From contig NW_021835302.1 of the NCBI RefSeq assembly GCF_006345805.1, forward strand, positions 1-41,583: a DNA stretch of 41,583 bases, written 5' to 3'. Both the position numbers and the translations under genes were made by a program. The DNA is from Octopus sinensis (taxonomy: Eukaryota). Below the pieces are notes generated by a model that saw only the letters and a program-made list of their open reading frames with translations, searched no databases and had not been told where the DNA came from. The number at the start of each line of letters is the position of its first letter. The stretch's first letter is position 1. Below, piece after piece: positions 10,811 to 22,599 of this stretch.

Positions 10811-11388
10811 TTAAACCAGCAAGGGAACAATGGCTGGTAATAGTTTAACGAGAGAGTATAAAAATCATGAAATTAATCGCAATTTCTGTTTCACAAATAT
10901 ATTTTCACTAATTAATTTGTGATTAAGACTTAAACTTTCTCTTTTGGTGCTGGTAAACCTCATGTTTGTGATTTAATAATTAAGAGGAATCCTGGAGTTA
11001 CGAGACATATTCAGGTTACATTTCACTATACATAGGAACCAACAGAGCAATGGTCTGGTTAACAAGTTGGCATTGCAACCACATGGTTGATGAGGGAAGG
11101 GAAATTTTTGCTTGTTTCATTGGCCGGGTTTAATTTCAGGAAATGTGATGCACCCAAGCATTTGCACGACCATGCATACACACACACATACGCACATACA
11201 CACACACACACACATTATCAGGAACAGAAGAAAAATGCTTTATTAAAAAACAGTAACTAACATACATGCACTATGCATACTATATGTGTGTGTGTGAGTG
11301 CATGTGTGCATGCGTGAATGTGTGTGTTGCAGATAGTTTCTAATTACAAATAAATGCAAGTGAAGTTTGGCAGCAAAGAAAAATAAAA

Positions 11389-11775
11389 GGCACAAGCATG
11401 GCCATGAGGTAAGAAGCTTGCTTCCCAACTACATGGCTTCAGGTTCAATCTCACATCACAGCACCTTGGGCAAGTGTCTTCTACTACAGCTTTGCGCCGA
11501 CCAAAGTGTTGTGAGAAGATTTGATAGACAGAAACTGAAAGAAGCTTGTTGTGTGCATTCATGTGTGTGTGTGTGTGTGTGTTTGTCTCCCCCCACCACC
11601 ACTGCTTGACAACTAGTGTTGGTTTGTTTACACAACTTAGCACTTCATCAAACAAGAGCAACAGAATAAGTACCAGGCTTTAAAAAATAAAGCAATGGGG
11701 TTGATTCGTTCAACTAAAAATTATTCAAGGTGGTGCCCCAGCATGGCCACAGTCTTACGACTAAAACAAGTGAGA
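11389..11775 (+). mobile_element. SINE family A, old diverged copy
   Basis: Colinear with family A but diverged. Confidence 0.7.
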
Positions 11776-13641
11776 GGATAATAGAATGCTCCGCCCATTC
11801 CTAAGAGCATTAATCAATGATACACGCCAAGTTCTGCTTCAATTTAATATTTCTTCATCGCATTCAAACAAAACGTTTCATAAACACAAACAATCCAGAC
11901 ATATTTTCACCAGAATTCTTTTTTGATTTCTTTTCACGAGAATCTTCAACATACACCAGAATATACAACAGATTTTAATCTAAAGGCTTCGAAAAATTCC
12001 AACATAGAACATAAATTCTTTTCTTTCCAAGCACGGTATCCTACAGCTGCCAGACAAATACAACCTGCTCATTTACTATTCACAATATACCAGCTTTAAT
12101 TAATCTGCAGAACAATAATAATTTAACAATCCAAACACATTGAAGCCATAAACACTAGCAATAAATGACTAAAATAGTCAGGCGGAGTTTTGATAGCGAA
12201 GCACGCCATAAAACTGGCAGTAAATTTCATTTTCTTTTCTCGTTACTTTCAAAAATTTCTTTAGATTTGTATATTTTCAACATGATAATTATTATTTGAA
12301 TTGATTTTTTTTTTTCAAAATTTTCAATTTTTAAAATTTTACCACACCCTTTGATTTTTGAGTTTCAAAAAAATTATTTTTTAATTTTTTATTTTACTGG
12401 GTTTTTTTTTTTTTCAATGTGTATATTTGGAAAAGGAGGCAAAGTAATTTTGCAGAAAAAAATTTTTTTTAAATTTCAAAATAATTTTCATAATTGAAAA
12501 TTTGAAAAAAACTACATGTAATTTCGTTCATCCACACAGTGTGAGACAAATTACAGCAACTTCTTTCATTTAGTGTGTGTGAGTGTGTGTGTGTGCGTAT
12601 GTGTGTGTGTGTAAAGATGAAGGCATTGCATTTTATTTTACATACAAATTATTGAAAAAAAAAGCCTAAAAAAGAAGTTTTCTTTTTAAATATACAAACA
12701 GAGAAAAAAAATCAAGTTAAAAAAATGAATGAGGTGAGGTGAAACTTTTAAACTAAAATTTTGAAAAAAAAACTCCTAATTCTTCAAACTGAAACGTATA
12801 ATTCTGAAGAAATTGTTGCAAAGTATGAAAAAGAAACAAATGAGAAAAAGCAAACGGCTGGTTGCATGGCGAGCTGCGATCAGAATTCCACCAACACGAA
12901 AACTAAGGACTGATTGATTAAGAACAAATTACTAGCCTGCAAGTCTATAGATGTGTTACTAATGAGTAAATTAGTGTAAGTGCATGACTGAGAGGTTAGG
13001 GTATTCAGCTCACTTTCCTGAGGTTGTGAGTTCAATTTCTGGTGGTGCATTGTGTCTTTAAGCAAGACACTTCATTTCATATTGATCCAGCCTACTCAGC
13101 TGATAAAAATGAGTTGTACCAGTAATTTAATGGAGCCAGCCTTGTTACATTTGGTGTGGCATGATGAATCTCGCTGAGAACTACATTAAGGGTACACATG
13201 TCTGTGGAGTACTCAGCCACCTGCACATTAATTTCACGAACAAGCTGTTCAGTTGATTGGATCATCAGGAAGACTTGTCATTGTAAATAACGAAGTGCCT
13301 GTTTAATGAGTAAATTAATCTAAAGACAGATGACAGATGCCACATTCTAAACTGTTAACAACAGAAGCCAGATATTTTCTGTTGGGTTACCATTTTTCTA
13401 CAACAAGGACAACTTGAAGGATTCTTCATAAAAGAACAGGTGCAGGCATAGTCGTGTGGTAAGAATGATGCTTACCAAGAACATGATTCTGGGTTCAGTT
13501 CCACTGTGTGGCACACTGGACAAGTGACTTTTTTACTATAGCCTCAGACGGACCAAAACCTTGTGAATGGATTTGGTAGATGGAAACTGAAAGAAGCCCA
13601 TCATATATATGTGTGTGTGTGTCTATGTGTCTGTGTTTATT

Positions 13642-13965
13642 ATTTACATTGGATGGACAGACGTCCTCACCTTAACATTTCAGCTGATGTACTCTCCAGC
13701 CTTCATCGGGTGTTCTGGTGGAATTTTGAACCCAACCCTTTATTTGACTAATGGGGTACACTGTTCTCATTCCTAAGGTATGTTACTGATGTTATTTTTC
13801 TGTTATTTTTCAAGTCCCTGTCAGGGATTGAACTTGAAATACCATCAGGACACCTGATGAAGGCCGGGGAGCACATCATCTGAAACGTTGTGATAACAAC
13901 AAACAAGGGGACACCTATCCGTCCATTGTAAATATTGGACATAATTCCTCATCTCAAAAAGATAG
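13642..13965. mobile_element. Fold-back Penelope-like remnant with a hammerhead-like motif in each arm
   Basis: Arms 13642-13712 and 13851-13935 are inverted. The right arm has CAC-CTGATGA-AGGCCG...GAAAC-GTT-GTG. Confidence 0.55.
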
Positions 13966-14150
13966 AATAGTGTCTGTGTTGTCACCCATTACTATTTGGT
14001 GTGTTTATATCCCCATAACTTAGTGGTTTGGCAAAAGAGACCAACAGAATAAGAACTAGGGGTTGATTCACTCAACTAAAATCCTTCGAAGTGTTGCCCC
14101 AGCATGGTCATGATTGAAACAAGTAAAAGAAAGACCACAACAAAACTTGA

Positions 14151-14308
14151 CAGGAGTGGCTGTGTGGTAAGTAACTTGCTAACCAACCACATGGTTCCGG
14201 GTTCAGTCCCACTGCGTGGCATCTGGGCAAGTGTCTTCTGCTATAGCCCGGGCCGACCAATGCCTTGTGTGAGTGGATTTGGTAGACGGAAACTGAAAGA
14301 AGCCTGTC

Positions 14309-14348
<40 letters not shown>

Positions 14349-14585
14349 GTATATGTGTGTGTGTGTGTGTCTGTGTTTGTCCCCCTAGCATTGCTTGACA
14401 ACCGATGCTGGTGTGTTTACGTCCCCGTAACTTAGCGGTTCGGCAAAAAGAGACCGATAGAATAAGTACTGGGCTTACAAAGAATAAGTCCCGGGGTCGA
14501 GTTGCTTGACTAAAAGGCGGTGCTCCAGCATGGCCACAGTCAAATGACTGAAACAAGTAAAAGAGTAAAAGAGAGTAAAAGAGTA
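14151..14585 (+). mobile_element. SINE family A, full length
   Basis: Same structure as 4641. Confidence 0.85.
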
Positions 14586-14887
14586 AACAACATTCCCCCT
14601 TGTACAGAATCCCCCCCCCTCCACCAAACTAGGCATTAATGATGGAAGCAACATTAAGGACGTTACAAAACTCATCTCAACACAAACAAAATGAAGATGA
14701 GTCAGAAACAACAGCCACTCCCTGGATGCTGAATGGAAAAACCATCAGTAAAATGGAAAAGTGCAACTCTACTGTGATAATGTCATCGCAGACAAAGCAC
14801 CCCTGCACCCACCCCCCACACACACACCTAATTTAGTATGGCAGTAACACATGCTAACATCAACCATTTTATCTCATAGATGATACC

Positions 14888-15489
14888 TATTTCTTTATTA
14901 CCCACGAGGAGCTAAACACAGAGGGGACAAACAAGGACAGACTTAGGTATTAAGTCGATTACATCGACCCCAGTGCGTAACTGGTACTTAATTTATCAAC
15001 CCCGAAAGGATGAAAGGCAAAGTTGACCTCGGCGGAATTTGAACTCAGAACGTAGCGGCAGACGAAATACCTATTTCTTTACTACCCACAAGGGGCTAAA
15101 CACAGAGTAGACAAACAAGGACAGACTTAGGTATTAAGTCGATTACATCAACCCCAGTGCGTAACTGGTACTAAATTTATCGACCCCGAAAGGATGAAAG
15201 GCAAAGTCGACCTCGACGGAATTTGAACTCAGAACATAACGACAGACGAAATACCTATTTCTTTATTATCCACAAGGGGCTAAACACAGAGGGGACAAAC
15301 AAGGACAGACTTAGGTATTAAGTCGATTACATCGACCCCAGTGCGTAACTGGTACTTAATTTATCGACCCCAAAAGGATGAAAGGCAAAGTCGACCTCGG
15401 CGGAATTTGAACTCAGAACGTAACGACAGGCGAAATACCGCTACGCATTTCGCCCGAGGTGCTAACGTCTCTGCCAGCTCGCCGCCTTG
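14888..15489 (-). mobile_element. SINE family B (Meta-domain-like), one head plus three tandem ~184-bp bodies
   Basis: Head AAGGCGGCGAGCTGGCAGA, B-box GAGTTCAAATTCC, GCCTTTCATCCTTTCGGGGTCGATAAA domain. 12-bp TSD ATAGATGATACC at 14876-14887 and 15490-15501. Confidence 0.85.
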
Positions 15490-15575
15490 ATAGATGATAC
15501 CATAGAGGTCTACAAATGTTGATGGAAGCAGGAACTTTACTGCTCGAAACAGAATCTAAGGAACTCAGAAAGAAA

Positions 15576-15976
15576 TACTCTTTTACTCTTTTACTTGTTT
15601 CAGTCATTTGACTGTGGCCATGCTGGAGCACCGCCTTTAGTCGAGCAAATCGACCCCGGGACTTATTCTTTGTAAGCCCAGTATTTATTCTATCGGTCTC
15701 TTTTGCCGAACCGCTAAGTGACGGGGACGTAAACACACCAGCATCGGTTGTCAAGCAATGCTAGGGGGACAAACAGACACACAAACACACACACACACAT
15801 ATATATATTATACATATATACAACAGGCTTCTTTCAGTTTCTGTCTACCAAATCCACTCACAAGGTTTTGGTTGGCCAGAGGCTATAGCAGAAGACACTT
15901 GCCCAAGATGCCACGCTGTGGGACTGAACCCGGAACCATGTGGTTGGTTAGCAAGCTACTTACCACACAGCCACTC
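15576..15976 (-). mobile_element. SINE family A, full length
   Basis: Reverse complement of family A. Confidence 0.85.
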
Positions 15977-16479
15977 GTATGGAGAAAAAAATACAAACTT
16001 AAAGCAAAAATTCAAAAAATTAAGTCAGGTCTTCAAAATAATACACACACACTTGTTGGTACTTGGTGACCTTACTGGTGCTGGGGTCACATGAAAAAGC
16101 ACATCCAAGGAACAAATTCTGGTGTTCCATTTGGCTGCTTGTTTTAGTTTTTCTACTTACAGATATTCTGGTAAGCAGCACAACAGAAATATTTTCTATA
16201 TTTTTTTTACTTGTTTCACCCTTTTGACTGAGGCCATGCTGGGGCATCACCTTCAAGAATTTTTAGTTGAACCAAATCAACCCCAATACTTATTTCTTGT
16301 TTTTCTTTGTAAACCTAGTACTTATTCTATTGATCTCTTTTGCCAAACCACTGAGTTATGTAGACCAACACTGGTCCTCAAGTAATCACAGAAAAACACA
16401 AAGCCACATACACACACACAAACATATATATATATATATATATAATATATATGTATGTATGTATATATATATATATATA

Positions 16480-16800
16480 GGCGCAGGAGTGCTGTGTGGT
16501 AAGTAGCTTGCTAACCAACCACATGGTTCCGGGTTCAGTCCCACTGCATGGCATCTTGGGCAAGTGTCTTCTCTATAAGCCCCCGGGCCGACCAATGCCT
16601 TGTGAGTGGATTTGGTAGATGAAAACTGAAAGAAGCCTGTCGTGTTTACGTCCCCGTAACTTAGTGGTTCGGCAAAAGAAACCAATAGAATAAGTACTAG
16701 GCTTACAAAGATTAAGTCCTGGGGTCGATTTGCTTGACTAAAGGTAGTGCTCCAGCATGGCCAGTCAAATGACTGAAACAAATAAAAGAGTAAAAAAGTA
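16480..16800 (+). mobile_element. SINE family A with central deletion (microsatellite and start of 3' half missing)
   Basis: GAAGCCTGTCG is fused directly to TGTTTACGTCCCC. Confidence 0.8.
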
Positions 16801-16948
16801 TATATATATATATATATATGATGGGCTTCTTTCAGTTTCCATCTACCAAATCCCTTCACAAGGCTTTGGTTGGCCCAAGGTACTGTGCAGTGGGATTGAA
16901 ACTGGAACCATGTGATTGGGAGGCAAACTTCTTCTTACACAGTCACAC

Positions 16949-17055
16949 CTGTGCTATCTTAAGATTTTCTAAAAGTTTGGCATGTGACTCTCGCTGGTTA
17001 CTTTGTCTAAAGTAGGACTCTTCTTCCTTAGATACCTCATCAGCTTCTTGAAAGA
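16949..17055 (-). CDS. Candidate internal exon: (x)FQEADEVSKEEESYFRQSNQRESHAKLLENLKIAQ
   Basis: Open, charged and helix-like frame. Acceptor gtgttag| (phase 1; alternative tttcaag| at 17046) and donor CAG|gtgtga, which overlaps a SINE head. Confidence 0.4.
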
Positions 17056-17939
17056 CTAACACACACACACACAGAGGACCACACTCACATGCAAGCACAC
17101 ACACACACACATGATAGAATCTGAGACTTTAGGACTGAAGAATGGAAAGAAACATATTTATGGAGATTTAGGTCAACTTCTCTTGACCTCTCAATGATAA
17201 TATGCCGACTATTCTATGAGAGACAAGTAGAGTGAAGTGTCTTGGCAAAGAGTAATGAGAAGAGATGCACAGAAACACAAAGTAGAAATAATAACAAGCT
17301 GGAAAGTAATGAGGAGGAGGAGGAAGGAGGGAGGGGGTGGTTCCCGTTATATAATTAATCATTATTTTTTTATGCCATTCTCATAAAGCATTTCCACAGA
17401 TTTCTTAAGTAAACATTACCGCAGACATAGAAAGAGAAACAAAAGCGCTTATTACCGTGCACTTTGCTGCACTTTGTTGCACTTCAAACATGGCTGAGAC
17501 TAATTGTGCTTAAACGAAACCACATTTACAGCTTCACAACACAAAGATGCAAGTCTCGAATAAATCACACTCAATTGTTTTAACTCTTTTGTTCCCAGAA
17601 TTTCTTCCGTTGAAACACACTGGCTTTGTTTCAGTTCGTTTTGGAGATAATGGCAGAATTTAGTGGAATAATTTTGCTACCGTTATTTTCAACTAGTGGA
17701 AGGCGGACAACTGGCAGAATTGACTGCATGCCAGACAAAATGTTTGCCAGCACCTCATCTGTCTTTATGTTCCGGGTTCAATCTCTGCTGAGGCTAACTT
17801 AGCCTTTCGTCCTTTCGCGGTTAATAAGATAAGTACCAGTTGTATACTGGGGTCACTGCAATTGACTTAGCTCCTACCCAAAAGTTTCAGGCATTATGTC
17901 TTTAGTAGGGGGGATCGGGATCGGTGTCGGCGGCGGCGT

Positions 17940-18512
17940 CATCATCATCATCATTGAGCGAGAGAGTAGCACATGCCATCAAAGTGACACTGGGGTACAA
18001 ATATACAAAGCCCAATATACCCATCATGACTACCCATCTGATAAGGATACACCAGACCCATGCATCACAACCATATGTACGTGACATAGTGATCTCATAT
18101 CAAGACAAACAGCGCATGACCTTGCAGGTGGGACCCAGTTAGAATTTTCTTCAGGTCGAGTAACCCATCCCACTCGAAAGGTCCCTGAATAAGGGTTGTT
18201 TAAGGATGTTGAACGAAACACCCATGTTTCCAGAGGTGAATTCTTCAAACCTCAAAGAATTCCTCTCAACACACGGCTATGATGCTCCCCCACTACTTCT
18301 GCTCGTGGTCAGAGAGATGCACATATCGTCAGCACTAAGGGACATACTCAACTGGTTAAGGTCAACAACTGACAAGCAGATCTGTTGTATTGAGCAGAAT
18401 ATTTGCTGTAACCCCATCTTTTTACTACTAGATAAAACAATGTACATGATAACACTTCCAATCAGTTAAGATCAGAAGCCCTGATTGCTACTGCCTGGTA
18501 CTGCATCAGGAC

Positions 18513-18520
<8 letters not shown>
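17940..18520 (-). mobile_element. Unclassified retroposon-like element with (GAT)n tail
   Basis: Complex non-coding block bounded by (ATC)n and (ATT)n. Its repeat status is from my recollection and is not shown by a second copy here. Confidence 0.45.
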
Positions 18521-18545
<25 letters not shown>

Positions 18546-18546
<1 letters not shown>

Positions 18547-18768
18547 GAGCTGGCAGAAACGTTAGCACGCCGAGCGAAATGCGTAGCCGTATTTCGTCTG
18601 CCGTTACGTTCAGGGTTCAAATTCCGCCGAGGTCGACTTTGCCTTTCATCTTTTCGGGGTTGATAAATTAAGTACCAGTTACGCACAGGAGTCAATGTAA
18701 TCGACTTAATCCGTCTGTCTGTCCTTGTTTGTCTACTCTGTGTTTAGCCCCTTGTGGGTAGTAAACAA
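18546..18768 (+). mobile_element. SINE family B in an (ATT)n tract
   Basis: Same body as the 14888 array. Degenerate copies at ~9940-10112, 17700-17925, 18796-19010 and 31066-31250. Confidence 0.8.
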
Positions 18769-19441
18769 TATTTATTATTATTTATTATTATTATTAAGGC
18801 AGAAATTGACAGAATCATTAGCATGCCAGACAAAATACTCAACAGCATTTTACCTATCTTTATGTTCTGAGTTCAAATTCCAATGAGATCGACTTTGCCT
18901 GTCATCCTTCTAAGGTTGATAAATTAAATACCAGTTATGTACTGGGTTGGTATAATTGTCTAGCCCCCCCCCCCTAAATTTCAGGCTTTGTGCCTTTAGT
19001 AGAAAGGATTGTTTTCAACTGGTGTTAGGAACATAAATTAACATGAAATTTTGTTGGAAGGCTTTTCAAAATTTCAATAAACAGGAAGTGTGTATCCTAG
19101 AAGCAGGGATGGTTTCAGGTGGGTCAGCATCCAAAAGGTTAGAAAATGGATGAGAACACACTCCTAAATACCAGCTGGGCCAAAAAGAACAAAAAAAACA
19201 CAAAAACAAAAAAAAAACAAAAAAAAAACAGACAAAAGAAATGGAATCTGAATGGCTGGAATGCTTTTATGGAAGGCTGCCTGAATGGGGTTGACCTAGG
19301 GTCAAACAAAAACAACAACAACAGTTAAAGAGAGTGAGATGGGAAGAGAGAGGGAGGTGGAAGAGAGAGGGAGAGAGAAGGGTGGCAGAGAGGGGAGAGG
19401 GAGGGAGATGGGGAGTGAGGAGGAGAGAGAGGGGAGGAAGG

Positions 19442-19481
<40 letters not shown>

Positions 19482-19594
19482 TTAAATAGATTGATGTAAT
19501 GATAGATGATCAGATTAATGCCTAGCAGACAGACAAACAGCTGGGAGATGGAAGCTGATATAAAATGGGACGCACACACACACACACACAAGCA

Positions 19595-19637
<43 letters not shown>

Positions 19638-20005
19638 AGCACACACACACAACCAGTGAATATATAATCAGTGATTTTATTTCCTTTTTAATCCCCATTA
19701 CATTAAATGGTTCCAAGTACACACCTAATTACTTAAAGCAAAAATAGATTCTATGCCTGTAGGTAGGATTGTTTAAAAGTTTATTTAGTTATCCTGTGAT
19801 CTTAAGTTCAATCCCATCATGTGAAATTTTGGGTAAATGTTTTTTTACTCTTGACCAGGTTTTTCTCAACCATTCTTTATCTCTGGACACCTTACATTCC
19901 TATTTAACTCTGCCAAATTCCTCAAAGGCTTTCGATGTTTAGAATACCCTATTATATTTTTATCATGAAATACCTGGACTCAAATTAGATTCATGCATAC
20001 AGCCT

Positions 20006-20960
20006 GGCTCCTGTGCCAGTGGCACGTAAAAAGCACCATCCGAACACGATCGATGCCAGGTCCACCTGACGGGCTCCTGTGCCAGTGGCACGTAAAAAGC
20101 ACCATCCGAACACGATCGATGCCAGGTCCACATGACAGGCTCCTGTGCCAGTGGCATGTAAAAAGCACCATCCGAACACGATCGATGCCAGGTCCACATG
20201 ATGGCTCCTGTGCCAGTGGCACGTAAAAAGCACCATCCGAACACGATCGATGCCAGGTCCACATGACAGGCTCCTGTGCCAGTGGCATGTAAAAAGCACC
20301 ATCCGAACACGATCGATGCCAGGTCCACATGATGGGCTCCTGTGCCAGTGGCACGTAAAAAGCACCATCCGAACACGATCGATGCCAGGTCCACATGATG
20401 GGCTCCTGTGCCAGTGGCATGTAAAAAGCACCATCCGAACACGATCGATGCCAGGTCCACCTGACGGGCTCCTGTGCCGGTGGCACGTAAAAAGCACCAT
20501 CCGAACACGATAGATCCCAGGTCCACCTGATGGGCTCCTGTGCCAGTGGCACGTAAAAAGCACCATCCGAACACGATCGATGCCAGGTCCACCTGACGGG
20601 CTCCTGTGCCGGTGGCACGTAAAAAGCACCATCCGAACACGATAGATGCCAGGTCCACCTGATGGGCTCCTGTGCCAGTGGCACGTAAAAAGCACCATCC
20701 GAACACGATCGATGCCAGGTCCACCTGACGGGCTCCTGTGCCGGTGGCACGTAAAAAGCACCATCCGAACACGATTGATGCCAGGTCCACCTGATGGGCT
20801 CCTGTGCCAGTGGCACGTAAAAAGCACCATCCGAACACGATCGATGCCAGGTCCACCTGACGGGCTCCTGTGCCAGTGGCACGTAAAAAGCACCATTCGA
20901 ACACGATCGATGCCAGGTCCACATGACGGGCTCCTGTGCCGGTGGCATGTAAAAAGCACC
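20006..20960 (+). repeat. 66-bp minisatellite, ~14.5 copies
   Basis: GGCTCCTGTGCCAGTGGCACGTAAAAAGCACCATCCGAACACGATCGATGCCAGGTCCACCTGACG. Confidence 0.95.
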
Positions 20961-21128
20961 TACTACACTCTTGGAGTGGTTGGTATTAGGAAGAGCATCC
21001 AACTGTAGAAACCTTGCCAGATCAGATTGGAGCCTGGTGCAAGCCACTGGCTTTCCAGACCTCAATCAAACCGTCCAACCCATGCCAGCATGGAAAATGG
21101 ACATTAAACGATGATGATGATGATGATA
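20961..21128 (+). mobile_element. Retroposon family E 3' half with (GAT)n tail
   Basis: GGAGTGGTTGG..AGGAAGAGCATCCA.CTGTAGAAACC...CCGTCCAACCCATGCCAGCATGG. Homologues at ~5625-5862, 10118-10345 (-), 28411-28556 (-), 36715-37150 and 37530-37637 (-). Confidence 0.75.
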
Positions 21129-21581
21129 ATGGTTACAAGCAGATGGTTTTGTTCTTTTAGTTTTAAAAGTTGGTTTCTCTTTGTCTCACTCTTTGTTACC
21201 ATTTCTTTGAATCCTCCCCTTCAAATATTCATAATACATCAAAATCGACGGAGGTGGACGTCATAAATGAACTGGTCCTTGATCCATATACATGTAAAGC
21301 AGTGGACAAATAGAAGAAAGAAGCACTCAACACCTTTAGTAGCAGTTACATAACCTTAAGTTACAAACTTTAAGACACAACGCAAAAATCAAACTGTTTT
21401 GTGTGTGTGTGGGTAGGCATGACTGTGTAGTAAGTAGTTTGCTTACCAACAACATGGTTCTGGGTTCAGTCCCACTGTGTGGCACCTTGGGCAAGTGTCT
21501 TCTATAGCCTTGAGACGACCAAAACACTGTGAGTGGATTTGGCAGACAGAAACTGAAAGAAGCCTGTTGTGTATAATATAT

Positions 21582-21760
21582 AGATCGTTAGCTCCCACAC
21601 GCATTTTTTTCTCTCCTTGTTTTTTTTCTGTGTCCCTTTCTGTAGAAGAGCGTAGGCTCGAAATGTAAAAGACTTTTTCTTTTCCTGAGCGCTATACTAA
21701 TACATTTGTATGTTTGTACTCCACGTGCCTTCGTTTTGTTTATTTTCGTAAACTTTCCCT
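21582..21760 (+). mobile_element. Penelope-like remnant family P1; best-preserved hammerhead-like motif (21636-21671)
   Basis: CTTT-CTGTAGA-A-GAGC(GTAG)GCTC-GAAAT-GTA-AAAG. Confidence 0.55.
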
Positions 21761-22518
21761 TTATATATATATCTGTGTGTGTGTGTGTATGTGTGTGTGT
21801 GTGTGTGTGTGTGAAGTCACGTGGCTTAGTGGTTAGGGTATTTGGCTCATGATCGCAAAGTCGTGAGTTCAATTCCCAGTGACATGTTGTGTCCTTTCAT
21901 GTTGCTCCAGTCCACTCAGATGGCAAAATCAAGTTGTACCCATGAACCTCCTTCAGAATTACATTAAGGGTACATGTGTCTGTGGAGTGCTCAGCCACTT
22001 GCATGTTTAATTTCATGAACAGGCTGTTCCATTCATCAGATCAACTGGAAACCTCATCGGCACAACTGACAGAGTGCCAGTAATATATATATATATATAT
22101 ATAATTCAATTAGCGGATATGTTAACCTGATGAAGAGATGGTTGCAGCCAAGGATGACCAATTTATTTATAATAAACATTTAATAACTTCCTTATCTCCA
22201 TTTTCTTTTCTTTTCTTCTTTTCTATATGTATATATTCATGAGTCTGTATTTGTCCACCACCACCACCACCACCACTTGACAACCAATGTTGGTGTGCTT
22301 ACATCTCTGTAACTTAGCAGTTTAGCAAAAGAGACTGATAGAATAAATACTAAAATTAAGAAATAAGTCCTCGGGTCGATTTGTTCAGTTAAAACCCTTC
22401 AAGGGGGTGCCCCAGCATGGCCACCGTAAAATGACTGAAACAAATAAAGGAGTAAAAGAAAGAATACTCAATTATAAATTAAGATCACTGCTAGTGCTGT
22501 GAATATTATCAACCTCAC

Positions 22519-22599
22519 AGTCCAGTTGGATGGGTTTTGCTTGTCTTCCAGTATGCTGCGGGACTGCACAGTGGAGATGACTCCCTCTATGAGGAAGGT
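22519..22599 (-). CDS. Candidate 81-nt symmetric exon: phase 1 (D)LPHRGSHLHCAVPQHTGRQAKPIQLD, or phase 0 TFLIEGVISTVQSRSILEDKQNPSNWT
   Basis: Long pyrimidine tract plus AG (tcttcttgcttgtcttttgggtgtttttaag|), donor ACT|gtgagg, unique and GC-richer than the flanks, open in two phases. Confidence 0.35.

Noticed and set aside
15518-15560. Hammerhead-like TTGATGGA-AGCAG/CTGCT-CGAAAC
   Set aside because: The core has multiple mismatches and there is no stem I/III pairing.
17424-17492. Short ATG-to-donor exon on the minus strand (MFEVQQSAAKCTVIKRFCFSFYVC) and triple GCACTT motif on the plus strand
   Set aside because: Too short to distinguish from chance.
19963-21065. 319-361-aa ORFs on the minus strand
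   Set aside because: They result from a stop-free 66-bp tandem unit; there is no evidence of coding.
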